This document shows, in pieces, positions 1 through 11,407 of a DNA stretch of 64,000 nt (its first letter is position 1; every line of letters begins with the position of its first letter). The notes beneath the pieces are model-generated. The model made no database searches. It was not told the origin of the DNA and saw only the letters and a list, made by a program, of their open reading frames with translations. Origin of the DNA: Basidiobolus meristosporus CBS 931.73 (Eukaryota; Fungi; Basidiobolomycota); NCBI GenBank assembly GCA_002104905.1, contig MCFE01000502.1:1-64000 (forward strand), written 5' to 3'. A program made the position numbers and the translations under genes.

Positions 1-827
1 ATTTCGACAATATCCCGACGGAAAATCCCATGTTCTTCTGCAGGAGTATTCCCCCACCGTGCGGACCAATCATCCTTCTCTGCGCCCCAAATTGGTTCAA
101 CATGAGGAATGTTGTGCATTACGTAAACAGCGCTATGGTAAACCCTAATACATATTCCTCAACCGTAAACATGCTCGATGAATTTGGAGTGATGGTGGGA
201 AAGCGTGGTTTCTCGACCTATGGCGACAATGGGTCGCGCTTGGATTTGCAATCCTAATTTACTTGTGGTTGACCGAATGAGGGTGGCAACTCATGGACTA
301 GAAGGTACATGGTTTCCGGCTAATCATTGAGCTCAGCCTTTGGAAATCCACTGGGAAATCGGAGCATTGATGCTATCAGCTTGGGATCTTCCCCTCCAAC
401 GATCGGGGCTTGGGTGCGCTGTTCCGACAATTTCCCAACTTCACCCCAGACATGGTGCGTTTGTTGTGGCTTTCCACTTGATTTGTTGCGGATCAAGGCG
501 AAGCTGTGGGATAGTTCCATAGATTACTGTATGGCCAGACATTGGACGTCTGACTGCGCATACTGATCCGGAAAGAATAGAGCTCGTGAACACGTCATCA
601 CACCGAGGGCAGTTGAATTGGCCAGTGTAGATGTGGAGCAAGTATGTGTGTGGTGGTGCTCGGACGGAAGGAAGCATTCCTTGTGGCAAGTTTATTTTGG
701 GGAAAGCATAGTTAGCAAGAGGGATTTCGAGGGAAGCCAGTACAGAGGTCTATGATGAAGGGCTTATATTTAAAAGAGAAGGCCAAGAAAAATACATTTA
801 ATAAATGATGTATAATTAGTTGCAGGT

Positions 828-2206
828 TTATAAGCCGCAAGTATCATCGCAGCCATAGCTGCATCTGTTCTGATAGAAGCTCAGGGCAAACTTATAGTGA
901 TAATAGATACCACCCATAACACAAAGGTGCCAGAACTGGTGGGAATGTCCCCAGGTATCAAACATCCCTGGGAATAGCTTTTCTGGGTAATGGTTGGCAT
1001 ATACGTAGGTGCCCAGAAGGTAGCAACCCAACGATTGCCCCAACCTGTGAATAAAGACATAGGTAGTCGACCAGCCGTTAAGCATCACCATATGAACAAA
1101 GGGAACAAATCCAGCGGCACCCATGAGTAGGAAGATCATGATACGGACAATACGATACTCCTTATCGTCAAACCAACGGAACCAAGGCAGGATCACCCCC
1201 GTAACACCTAGAGTACCGGTAGCAGTGATGTAGAGGTTGCGGAGGAACGGACGACAGTAAAAACCATAATATTCAGTGACAAGAACCGATGCGGTGATGA
1301 GGAGAGAGATTCCAACATAATCCAGCACAGCAGAGCAACGCATAACGCCAATATGGGAGTGACATTGGAAGGTGTGGAATAGGGTGCTGCACATGAGGCA
1401 TTTGGCAGCGGCAGCAAAGAACACGAAAAAGATGAGCTTGTCGAAATAGGAGCCATCCAAGAGGTGTGTCTGGAAGGTGTAGTAACCAAGCCAACTGAAC
1501 GCAAAGAACCCAATGAAATGAGACCAGATGTTCGCCGTCTGGTTGTGAATTTGCAGTATACTTAAGAGGCATTGCGCTTTGGAGGACAAAAAGCGATAGC
1601 TGCAAACGAAAGCAACATTAATATCAAGGTCACACCGCACTGGATTGGCTAATAGCTATTCATGACTTACCCGGAAGTAACGTATTCATTATCTTGCCAA
1701 GGACGGGGAAGCTCATCGTAATTCAAGAGACGCTTGGCTCCGTAAAATGCAGCTCTAGTAACTTCAGCGGTATAATCGACTGAGCAGTCCACAGTCTTGA
1801 TGAAATGCTCCGGTGTGAGCTCTTCCAAGTGTTTGATGGCATCGAACACCCGTTCGTTTAAGGAAATCTTTTCAAACTCTTCATATCGCTCCTCAATATG
1901 GCGAATAGTTTCCTCCAGGGTCTTGCGAGAAAATTCGCCAAAGTTGATGCACTTCTCGATGCATTTTTCCTCTATAATACCAATGACGGCGTCTACTTTC
2001 TCGGACAACGAAGTGTTTTCCAGTTCGTTGTATTTCGCCTCGATCTTTTTGATAGTATCACCTACATGCTTCCTACCAGTTTCCTCGAACTGCGCATATT
2101 TCTTCTCAATGAGAGCTAAGGCAGCATCAACTCGCTCTAAAATGTTTTTGTCTATATCAGCAACGAGCTGAAGCTTCTCGTCGTTAAGATTGAAATAGGT
2201 GCTCAT
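828..2206 (-). CDS. PAQR/HlyIII-family (adiponectin receptor/IZH-like) 7-TM protein, 2 exons, with an N-terminal helical repeat region
   Basis: ORFs 1667..2224 and 828..1640 join via a GT-AG intron at 1670-1600 (GTAAGT...TTGCAG), giving PWQDNEYVTSG|YR...HNQTANIWSH, STLFHTFQCHS, DYVGI and WGHSHQFWH: the canonical PAQR motifs, including Zn-binding histidines. First ATG at 2206. Confidence 0.9.
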
Positions 2207-2566
2207 CTTCGCAAAACAAGACACGTATGGTTTACGGTACTCTGTCAGATGGATATACGAAGAAAAATCCCTACCGAAATGAGAGAGTTATGGAAGTTGA
2301 ATGAAGAAACCTTGACTTAACAGCCCTTGTTGGTCTCAAGGAAGAGAAGGGTAGGTTGGAAGGGTTAATCAGGGAGAAAATGGTTTTACTTCAATCGCTC
2401 GATTGAGTCATCATCAGGCTGCTTATTTATGTGTCCCAGGGTGTATATTGGACTGAATATATTTAAGAATAAACATTCTCATCGTATATTATAGATTTAC
2501 TAAATATGAATTCGCCCCAACACAGACGAAGATTGTTCTACCTCACCTCCATATATAATAGCTATG

Positions 2567-3950
2567 TTACCAGACATGATCACCATCATCAACCCATTGA
2601 TTATATTGTGGAATGTACTCATCACGGACCACTCGGCCTTGAGTCATATGGGGCACCTTGCCAGCAGCCAATGGGAGGGCCCATTGATCGGAATTATACT
2701 CGGGAATATAGGTCTCTGATCATTGGCAAAAAACTCGATAGCTAGTGGCCAGAATGGCAAACCAATAATCTATGCCGAGCGACGCTTGTCTACTCGATAT
2801 GGATCAGCCAATACGGCCATTTCTAATCATCACCATGCGTAGATGATAGGAGAGCATCAGTCAAGGTTGACTTCATCCTAGCCAACGACTTCACGATCCG
2901 AATCACCCAAGGATTGGCGATCGTCCTGCGTCTTTAGCCAAGCCAACACATCTGCAACACTGCCACCTATGGCTTTTAATAGAAGAGGCAACCATGAAAA
3001 GGGCATAGGGTGATTCGGCTCGGACAAGTGCCATGGCTTGCATTCATGTTTCGTCCATACAGCTTCACCCCAGCTCAATCCAACCTCTGCATAGAGCAAG
3101 TTGGTAGCTTGATTCCAAGCTCCACAACAATTGAATCATGTGGGTCGCCATTTTAAAATATTTACACTTGCATACACACACAGACATATCCATTGCAGGC
3201 GAAGCCTGTTCAAACCGCGTAGCAATCTACACCCCGAGTATGTAGGAGGAGAATGCCAAGAGCCAACTCACTGCCTGCTTGGCCCTTTCTTGCCAGCCTA
3301 TTCCTTCATTCATTAGCCCAAACCTGATACCTCTGTGATACACCACTATGCCGATTTCCAGCATGATGGGATACAGAAAATGCAACGTGAATCGCTCAGC
3401 CTGGCAAAAAGGATAGTTTCCCAATTTTAATCTTGAATGGAGAATTGGAAATCATTGGCATCCTTGCCTGGCGATAGTGGCACACAATATACGTGCTTCT
3501 TGGGGTTGGTCAATAGGAGCCAAGGAAGATTGGCAGGTAGCACGGGTAGTACAATTGGTCACGTCTCAAGAGCATGGAATCGTACAACGATACTGCTACT
3601 CTGATTGGTCACGACTCTCAAAGGCATATTGACACCACTACTGACCGTATATCCGTACAGTTTTCCAGGCGATACCCATTTGGGCAATATTGAATCGCAT
3701 GCTTGTATTATCAAAGTATCAAATATTTCCGTGGCGAAGTAGAGGAACAATCGAGAATACATGCTAGTACACCGGATAACCTATGCGCAAGTTGTATCTC
3801 TGGCCATGGTTTTTCTTGTAGGCTCTCCATATATGGAGATGTTATCCAATAGTCACCTCGATTGTTGCTATGGTGTCATCTTGATTCGGAAACAAGGCGT
3901 AGCATCCTTCTAAGACTCCATACAAAGTGCCTTAGAGATTGAAGAGCCTA
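2567..3950 (-). pseudogene. Decayed coding-like region, family unidentified
   Basis: Several short minus-strand ORFs broken by stops and frameshifts; the terminal frame reads SETYIPEYNSDQW...RDEYIPQYNQWVDGDDHVW*. No family recognised. Confidence 0.25.
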
Positions 3951-5450
3951 CACACCTGTTGGGTTCCTTTTATATATTGATGAGCTGTATCTCAACAGTT
4001 GAGCTAAAGTGTTGTTTCTATTGATAAAGAGGTCCAACAGGGGTTTCCCCAAGTAGGAATATTGATGGAAACAATCAGATTGCTGCATGTAGATCAGCAA
4101 ATCCAACAAATGTCTGGTTCCATGGGGTGGGGGTGAAATACTTGCAAGAATCCGCAGTGAAAAGGCCAAAGTATCAAATAGAAACTACCAAGCTTGAGCT
4201 TCTTATATCTTCTATCAATGATAGCTCCCTTTGCTCCACAAGTCACTTTTGGACACTACATCTTTTATATGCAAGCAGAGAGAATACACACCAAGCAAAT
4301 GTTAATAAATCAATATTTTACTGAATATCACAAAATCAGTGTTAAAGTGTAGGAATCTTAAGACAAACCTGGAATGTTTTCTGTATCCAGAGCTTCTATA
4401 TGCTGACTATGTTGTAAGAGTTTTGGAGATATTAGAAGTGATTGGGAGAACAAGTACATTATGTGGCTTTCATTTAATGATTTGTTGAATGTAAAAGTGG
4501 CATTTATACTTTACATGGTCTTGGCACAACAAACATGTTGAATAGTGATCTTACTTTCAGAATTGACAAAAACCATGAGAACCTTCCTGATTGGGTTGAG
4601 TAAAAAGTTCTTTTTGGCATGCTTAGTGTTGAGATGCTCCATAATCAATATACCAAATCTAAGAATTCTTGTTTGTGGCCATAATTAGTGCAGATATTAA
4701 AAGTCTATCCATAGTTGTAGCAGCATTTCCATATTCAGGCTTTTTCTACTGATTGTTTCTCTTCTTGAAGCACTGGTAGATGTGTGTCCTTTCCTTTAGC
4801 AGTAGCTGCAACAAGGATGACTATTGCCTGTAAAGGGCATCAAGTACCTCCTTTGGTAGCTATCATTGCTTATTAAAGCTTGTCCTTATTCCTTACTATA
4901 GGAGCTTGATTTTTTTAATCTCCCACTTGAAACCTTCATATATGTAATATAAGGTAAAATCTTCAGCTCTGGACTCTAGGGCTGATATAAAGCCCTGGAT
5001 TATGTCTGTCAGGCTATTCAGGAGGGTAACTATTGCATATTCATAAGTTTTTCATTTCCTCCCTTAAAAGGAACTTGTTAGCAATGAATTATTGTCCAAG
5101 ATACATTCTCTTAGCAGCTGAGCATTGCAGGGAGCAACAGCTTGGGGTTCATAACCTGATGTAGGAGTCTTGGAGATATTGAAAGTCATTGGAAGAGCAA
5201 GTAGATTTGTGATTTTTGTTCTATGATTTATTCAACACAAAAGTAGCATTTATACTTTTACATGGTCTTGGAAAAACAAACATGCTGAATAAGCTTAGAG
5301 AGGTCCCTAGAGCATGTATGTATACTCTAGGGCTGTTTGGCCAGCTTTAAGAAATAGCATGCTCTGAGTACCTGGTGTTTTGTTGAAATACTCTATTTAA
5401 GTTACAACACAGAGTACCGATTTTTGCACAAATCTGTACACGTGGCTGTC
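3950..5450 (-). mobile_element. Degenerate, internally deleted Ty1/copia LTR retrotransposon relic
   Basis: Minus-strand fragments in copia order: gag-like IVTLLNSLTD...FISALESRAEDFTL (about 5050-4950); CCHC knuckle CSYC*RKGH...CFKK (about 4810-4765); protease-like IWYIDYGASQH (about 4660-4625); RNase H-like FVGFAD...IFLLGETPV...KQHFSSTVE (about 4110-3995). Many stops and frameshifts; no CpG seen in 4201-5400. Confidence 0.75.
4418..5291. repeat. Pair of imperfect direct repeats of about 125 bp (4418-4544 and 5165-5291)
   Basis: GAGT(T/C)TTGGAGATATT...CAAGTA...AAAAGT(G/A)GCATTTATACTTT(T)ACATGGTCTTGG...ACAAACATG(T/C)TGAATA is present at both positions. Confidence 0.75.
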
Positions 5451-6582
5451 AAGGTACAAGCGGCTGCCAACATTCAGCTTGCCCTCCTTGCTATATACTT
5501 AGAATTTGACTTTGTTAAGAAATAGATTTTATCTTGGTGAGTATTGTTGCAAGTAATTAGTTCAACACCTAGCTATTTATATACCTTATATATCACACCT
5601 ATTCTATCACGATATTAATGCTTATTTAACATCCTATTGTGATTCTTACCATGTGCAAATATTCTATTACAAGTCAATGAATCAATAAGTGATAAAGCGC
5701 ACTTTCTTCTGTATGCTCCAAGTTACCCCAAGCTCACACTGCCACTCTCAGCATACATTGCATTCGGAGTGCCTATAATGTATGTGTATGCGACAGGCCA
5801 CTTACTCGGTGTCATATGACACACTGATGTGAAATCTAGAGAGATCTCTCGAAATCCGAACTAGAACCCGCGTGTAAACCATCAAACTTCGATTTTTACT
5901 ATCCCACCCCACTCCCAACCATAAATTTCACATCATTTATAAATCGTGCAGATACCAGGGGCTAGATCACATCCTTCGCATATGGAGAGGTTAAAAGAAA
6001 ATGTACATATTTGATATAGCAGGGTGAACCAATGTTACCCCTAATCCGGATTTTGTCAGAGTAGCAAGTTGAATCCAACTAGGGTTTTGTTGGTATATGA
6101 CGTTCTGTCAGAAAATTTTCCTACCAAGTTGCTGGAGCATAATGCCACACGCAATTTATAGGTCCTCAGATACACTACACCTGTGCAAAGGATAAAGCCA
6201 AACTGCTTGCTAGCCTGCAAGTTCTGAACACCACTGATTTCTTGGCTGCACGAGGGGCGGAATCCCATCACAAACCCATAGTAAAAAGGTGTGAATGTTG
6301 TCAAACAATCCAATATCGAAAATGGCTCCTCTATTCAGTGAATAGAATTTCCTGCTTTTTTCAAGGTGCAGAGTGGCTGAAAACATGTTTCCCTGCATGC
6401 ACAAAGCATGGCCGCTATTTTCACTGGTTGAAATATCGATCACAGCCAAGCCATCATCGAAACACATCAGAGCACCAACCACCACTTGCTCCATACTGTA
6501 ACGGCACCCTTCCAACAGAATTATTGCATGTGCTCTCAAAACCTGAAAACTGGCAGAGAAAATTCCATGGAAGAGAAAACAA

Positions 6583-7567
6583 TTGAGAATAGAGGTGCCA
6601 GGCGTTTTGGCTGAAACAAGTGGAATTGGAAGGTTGAAGGAGACCTCGAATTATACGCTGTATGAGCAATTGGGTTCCGGATCGATCATTCCTGTTATTT
6701 GTAATGTCGCCATTAGTAACTTGGATCGGATGAGGGTTCACTATTGTGGGTGGAATATCGAATCCCCCAATTGTTCTCTAGTTCGTGTAGGAACCTCAAT
6801 CTTTTGATCAGAAGGCTGGCCCTGGGAATTGCGCGAGGGTCTCGCCCAGGAAGGGTATTCGAGCATAGATGGCCAGAGGATAGCTCCCAGTGTGTCAGCC
6901 TATGGATGTACAGACGCCTCGTGCTCGCATAGTTCACCATGATGTTTCCAAAGACCCTACCCTCAAGCTGCGTGAACTTGGTCATCCCAGCAGAACTCCC
7001 CTTTTTAGTCGCCTGAAATGATCTCCGAGGTTTGTTTATTACTTGAGGATTTCGGAACCAATACCCACAGGGAAATTGTGCTATTTTTATGGCATTGATA
7101 GACGAACAAATAGATCGGATTTAGAATACGGTACACGAGTCTGGGTTGCGGGTGGATCGCTGACCGCCACCTCAATATGATGTGGATTTTAGGCAGTCCC
7201 TGCCACATTTGTCCTTATTGCAGGGCATATCTGAATACTGCGTTTGGCGCCAATACCCTGGTTCAGTCAGCTTCAAACAACCTTTAGAGTACCTGGAAGA
7301 ACACTCCTCCGCAAGTGCAATTCGATACCCGCAATTCTGAAGCATCACTCGATGCGAAGCCGATCGGAAGGTGTGACGGCGGTAAGGGAGATTAGCCATG
7401 ATTCTTTTTATTTATTTACCCGGTGGAACTCAATCGTGATTGTGTCGCACCGCACGGCAATAATTGATCCATTCTCCGGGGAATGGGCTATGACTCAGCT
7501 TCACGCGCCATGGAATCCAACTTGCTTTATTGAGGACGCCTGGACAGCCAGTGAGCAGCGAAGGTGA
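6583..7567 (+). pseudogene. Decayed protein kinase gene (TKL-like)
   Basis: Kinase subdomain remnants occur in the correct order across shifted frames: LYEQLGSGS (I), CGWNIESPNCSLV (IV-V), RLALGIARG (VIa), IVHHD (VIb), KLRELG (DFG position), SPEM (APE position), IPW (IX-X), FIEDAWTASEQRR (XI). Catalytic motifs are eroded. Confidence 0.45.
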
Positions 7568-7709
7568 CTCGATCCATCTCAGAAATACATAACGATAGGT
7601 TCAGTAGCGTTTGAGGGGGGTTAGTAATCATGTAGTTGTGTCGATAGAATTAGGATTATATTTATTCATATATTACAAATGTGGGACGCCACCATAGAAT
7701 GGCCTTGGT

Positions 7710-9139
7710 TTATAGTTGTCTGATGAACTGAGCAAATGCGTAGTGCTTCGCGAACCTAGGGGTCTCCAACAGAGCAATGACAAGAGACTTGTATTTTTTC
7801 ACTAATGCCACATGATATTCAGCTTCCTCTTTGGAGATGGGCTTTCCTTGATGGATGAAGCGTTGCCTTGAGCAACATCTCAGCGAGCAACTGCTGCTTT
7901 TGTCCTTCACGTGGCTACTCCGCTTGAGGGATTGAACCTGAAAATGGCCAGTCATCTCCACTCTCAATCTAAAGGTCATTATTCTATGGATGCCGGCACA
8001 AATTCTTGCGGCTGAATACTCAAGGTTGGCTACTTTGGACAGTTGTTGGGTTGGAGGTAGGAGTGTCGAATGGATGGGATGAGGATTGTAGGAACAAACA
8101 AACCTGCCTCATCCTCCGGCTTGAATTGCTTTATAACCTCTCGTGGTGGCAGGGTCTCATTTATTGGGCGATTCCAATGAAAGAACAAGGATAACAATCA
8201 ATGTGATCATTAGGTGTCCATATGACATCATGTAGAATGTGTAGTTGGAGGCTGACCATTAACAAACGTATCACCAACCATTCTTGTGCATCTCAGCCCA
8301 ACCTGATGGCAAATTTACCCGCGCTGCAAGCACCATCTATTTTCCCAAAGCTGCCAAGATGATTTGCCTTATTCTCATTTATATGATGCGAGTGCGTTAG
8401 TCGGTGGAAGTTGGGCCACATGGAATTTCCAGCCTGTTGAATCGAGCCGCCAAACTCCAATGGATCGCGTAGTGCCAGAAAGATTAACCCTATTCTACGG
8501 CCCAATCAGGTCGGTGCCTCGAGGGAAATGTTGATCGAAGTAATGCCACATATCCAAAGCGATCCCGGGCTCCTGTACCAGTCACGTTTTCTTAAGTTCG
8601 TGGGCCGAGCGCCATATGTCGACCCATCCTCATTGAAATGCTGAAGGTGGCAACTATGACATTCGCATGCGCGAGATTCCTACATGTTCTGATGTTGGTG
8701 ACTCAAATCTACCACCACCATTACATAAATAATGCTGGATCTGACTAAACCCCCCGTTTGGGTACTTGGGTTGACCATGGGTAAGGGTGAGGCGCATAGG
8801 CAAAGCTATGTATAGCCACGCTTGTATATTAGGCTTTCCTTGATTTAAAATAGGGACATTGGCATGTTGGCCCAGGTTCCCACCAGCCAACCTGTTATTC
8901 GACCATGCTGCACAGATTTGTGTGATATACATATATGGATCGTTGTCCATTAATTTTCGAATCAGGGTCTCAGGTGCATCCCTTCTTAATGATATTATAT
9001 GCAGTGAACATTTCAGATGCAAGGAAGTCTGGAGTAGAATGGTTTGGGAATTTCCGGGGCATGTCGAGAAAGGGGCTAGGAGCGAGCCATCTTTCATACT
9101 CATACTTTGGATATTTTGGCGAAGAGATGCATTTGGCAC
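7710..9139 (-). pseudogene. Decayed spliced gene-like region, family unidentified
   Basis: ORFs 8654..9139, 8293..8505 and 7710..7979 lie on the same strand with a plausible GT-AG intron (about 8113-8043) linking NETLPPREVIKQFKPEDEA to VANLEYSAARIC; in-frame stops interrupt the upstream part. Confidence 0.2.
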
Positions 9140-11407
9140 CTGCCCAGCCTACATTGTACTAAATGCCAAATATACCATGCGGATTTTACGAAGTGACATT
9201 GATGCATGGGATCTCATCACAGACCAAGCTTGACAACTCGAAGGAAATATGCGAATCCTGATCAGATGAGGAGGGACTTCCCAACTTTAAAGCATACTAA
9301 AGTACTATTCAGGATAATCGTGAAGAGCAAAAGGGTAGGAGATGGATATCGTAGTCGATGGTGTCTAAAGAGGTTTTTCTGTGACACGGTATGTATGCTT
9401 ACGCAACGCGGAGTACCAGATGCTGGTTGCCCTCCGTGCTCCAAGCCACTGTAGCTAGAGCCAACTTCGAGAATCGGGAGATAATCATGCATCAAGCGAC
9501 AAAATAGGGTTACTTTGTATTATATAATGATGGCTTCTACCAGTTTGCACAATTTCAAGACTTTAAATGAAGGTTGTGATTCCTTGCACCAACCTCTGTA
9601 ACCTGATTGGGCGATTATTTGTAGGTTCAGCAGCATCCCATTCCTGCGCATGAATTAGGAATTATGCGGTTGGGAATACATTTCCTTCTCACAGAAGGCT
9701 TCAGTGAAGTCACATGCATGGAATGATGAATCGTGAAACCTAGCTTTTTCGTAGGTAACAAGTATTGGTCACATAGCGCTAGATTTGGAGTCGTCTCAGC
9801 TAATGGAGATCTACTACAAAACAGCAATATCTAACTTTGCAACGCTGTGAGGTGTACCATTTGCAACTGCCTGATTAGGGCGATAATTTGATTGTAGAAT
9901 TCTGCTTTCGATTTAAGGCAACATCATTGTGATCCTTTGATATACGAATGATGTGGGTGTGAAATAGTAGTGTCTACCGTAACGTGGTGGGGCGGGGAAA
10001 GTTTCATCCATGGCCACCCAAATTGATTAGTATTACTGGTAGGCGAGCTTGGCGCTAATGGTAACAATAATAAGGTGCACTACTTCAGAGCCGTGCAAGA
10101 TTGGCATGAATTCACACAAAGTGTGATTCTTCACAGCCTTAAGGTCTGATTACTCAATTCCGAGATATTTTAACTATGCGTGGCTCTCCTAAATGGTCAG
10201 TAGGAGATGTTGTTGGCGGATTTCTAGCCTTTACTACGCACATCAAGGCGAGATCAATAGTGCGGAGAGTCGAGAGGAAACAGGGACATAGTCAATGGAA
10301 AATAGCAGTCCAAAGGATTCAGCATTGATTCGTTCCTAGGAAATCCTGGTGCAACACACGTGGAATATTTTGGTGGCACAATCAAGTTCATAACATGTAT
10401 ACTGCCGATTTCGAGTTACCACTTGGTGGCAATCTGCCAGAATCGATTAATGCTGGTTATGAAATGACATCTATTTGCTCGTTGCAGTAATAAAAAGGCC
10501 CGAGCTTTTCAGAAACATTAAATCTTCGCGTGCTATCGTGGTACGATGAACCCATCTTTCTTGCACGGAGGGATATGCAAATTACAGCACCATGGCTGGT
10601 ACTTGGGAAGATTGCCTGCAAGGTGTCATTTCGACGAGGCGTACCTCATACACATTTGAGAACAACGTACCTATATCTGCATCTCTTACCTCAATAGCCA
10701 ACCATCGTCATTTCCGATATTGAAAGTAAAGTCTGACTGAGCACACAATATACAACTCGGACAGAGACATGCAGACTGACACTAAAGCATAAGAAATCGC
10801 CAATACGGTCGGTGAGTGTCGGACAAACCTGATTTGATTAACGATGTCCTGCTGGTAACTATTCCAAGATTCGCACGAAACGACTGTCTGACTAAATTCG
10901 TTGAAGTCTCACACAAAATGCTGGTGTGTATATGTCGGATTACCACTCATAACAGAGAATTCTCTACAGCAAAATTTCGTGCACAATCCAATCAGACTTA
11001 CAAATGGAGATATCCGGGTCTCCATACTACCCCTCCCATCACATCATTTCTAATGAACCACCCCTCATTCTGCAACTTGGGTCAGTCAAGTGGAAACACT
11101 TTGCTGGCCAGTACACTGTAGAGCAACGCCATATACCCGTCCACTGATTTAGCCTCCAATGTCGCCCCACCCAAGATAGACCAACACGCCATGCTGTCTA
11201 TTCGCATCAATGTCACCACAGGATACACTGTACTCCCAGCTGAAGTGTAATATCCGCTGCAATGAACAGGCAATTTACGGCAAAAAGTAGGGTGTATATT
11301 GATAAATCATCGGTTGAAAAGAATATATCCACATAAACAAAAATAGCAGGGGCGGGAAGGGTCGATCAAAAATGGATGTCGATGTAAAGGAAGCGAACAC
11401 GAAGATT

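Noticed and set aside
1-720. Several 60-80 codon ORFs on both strands at the window start
   Set aside because: No frame gives a recognisable motif or consistent splicing; may be UTR, decayed DNA or a gene truncated by the window edge.
6454-6900. Minus-strand P450-like fragments (ETLAQFP...IGGFDIP)
   Set aside because: No intact ExxR, PERF or FxxGxxxC motif; the plus-strand kinase reading explains the region with more ordered motifs.
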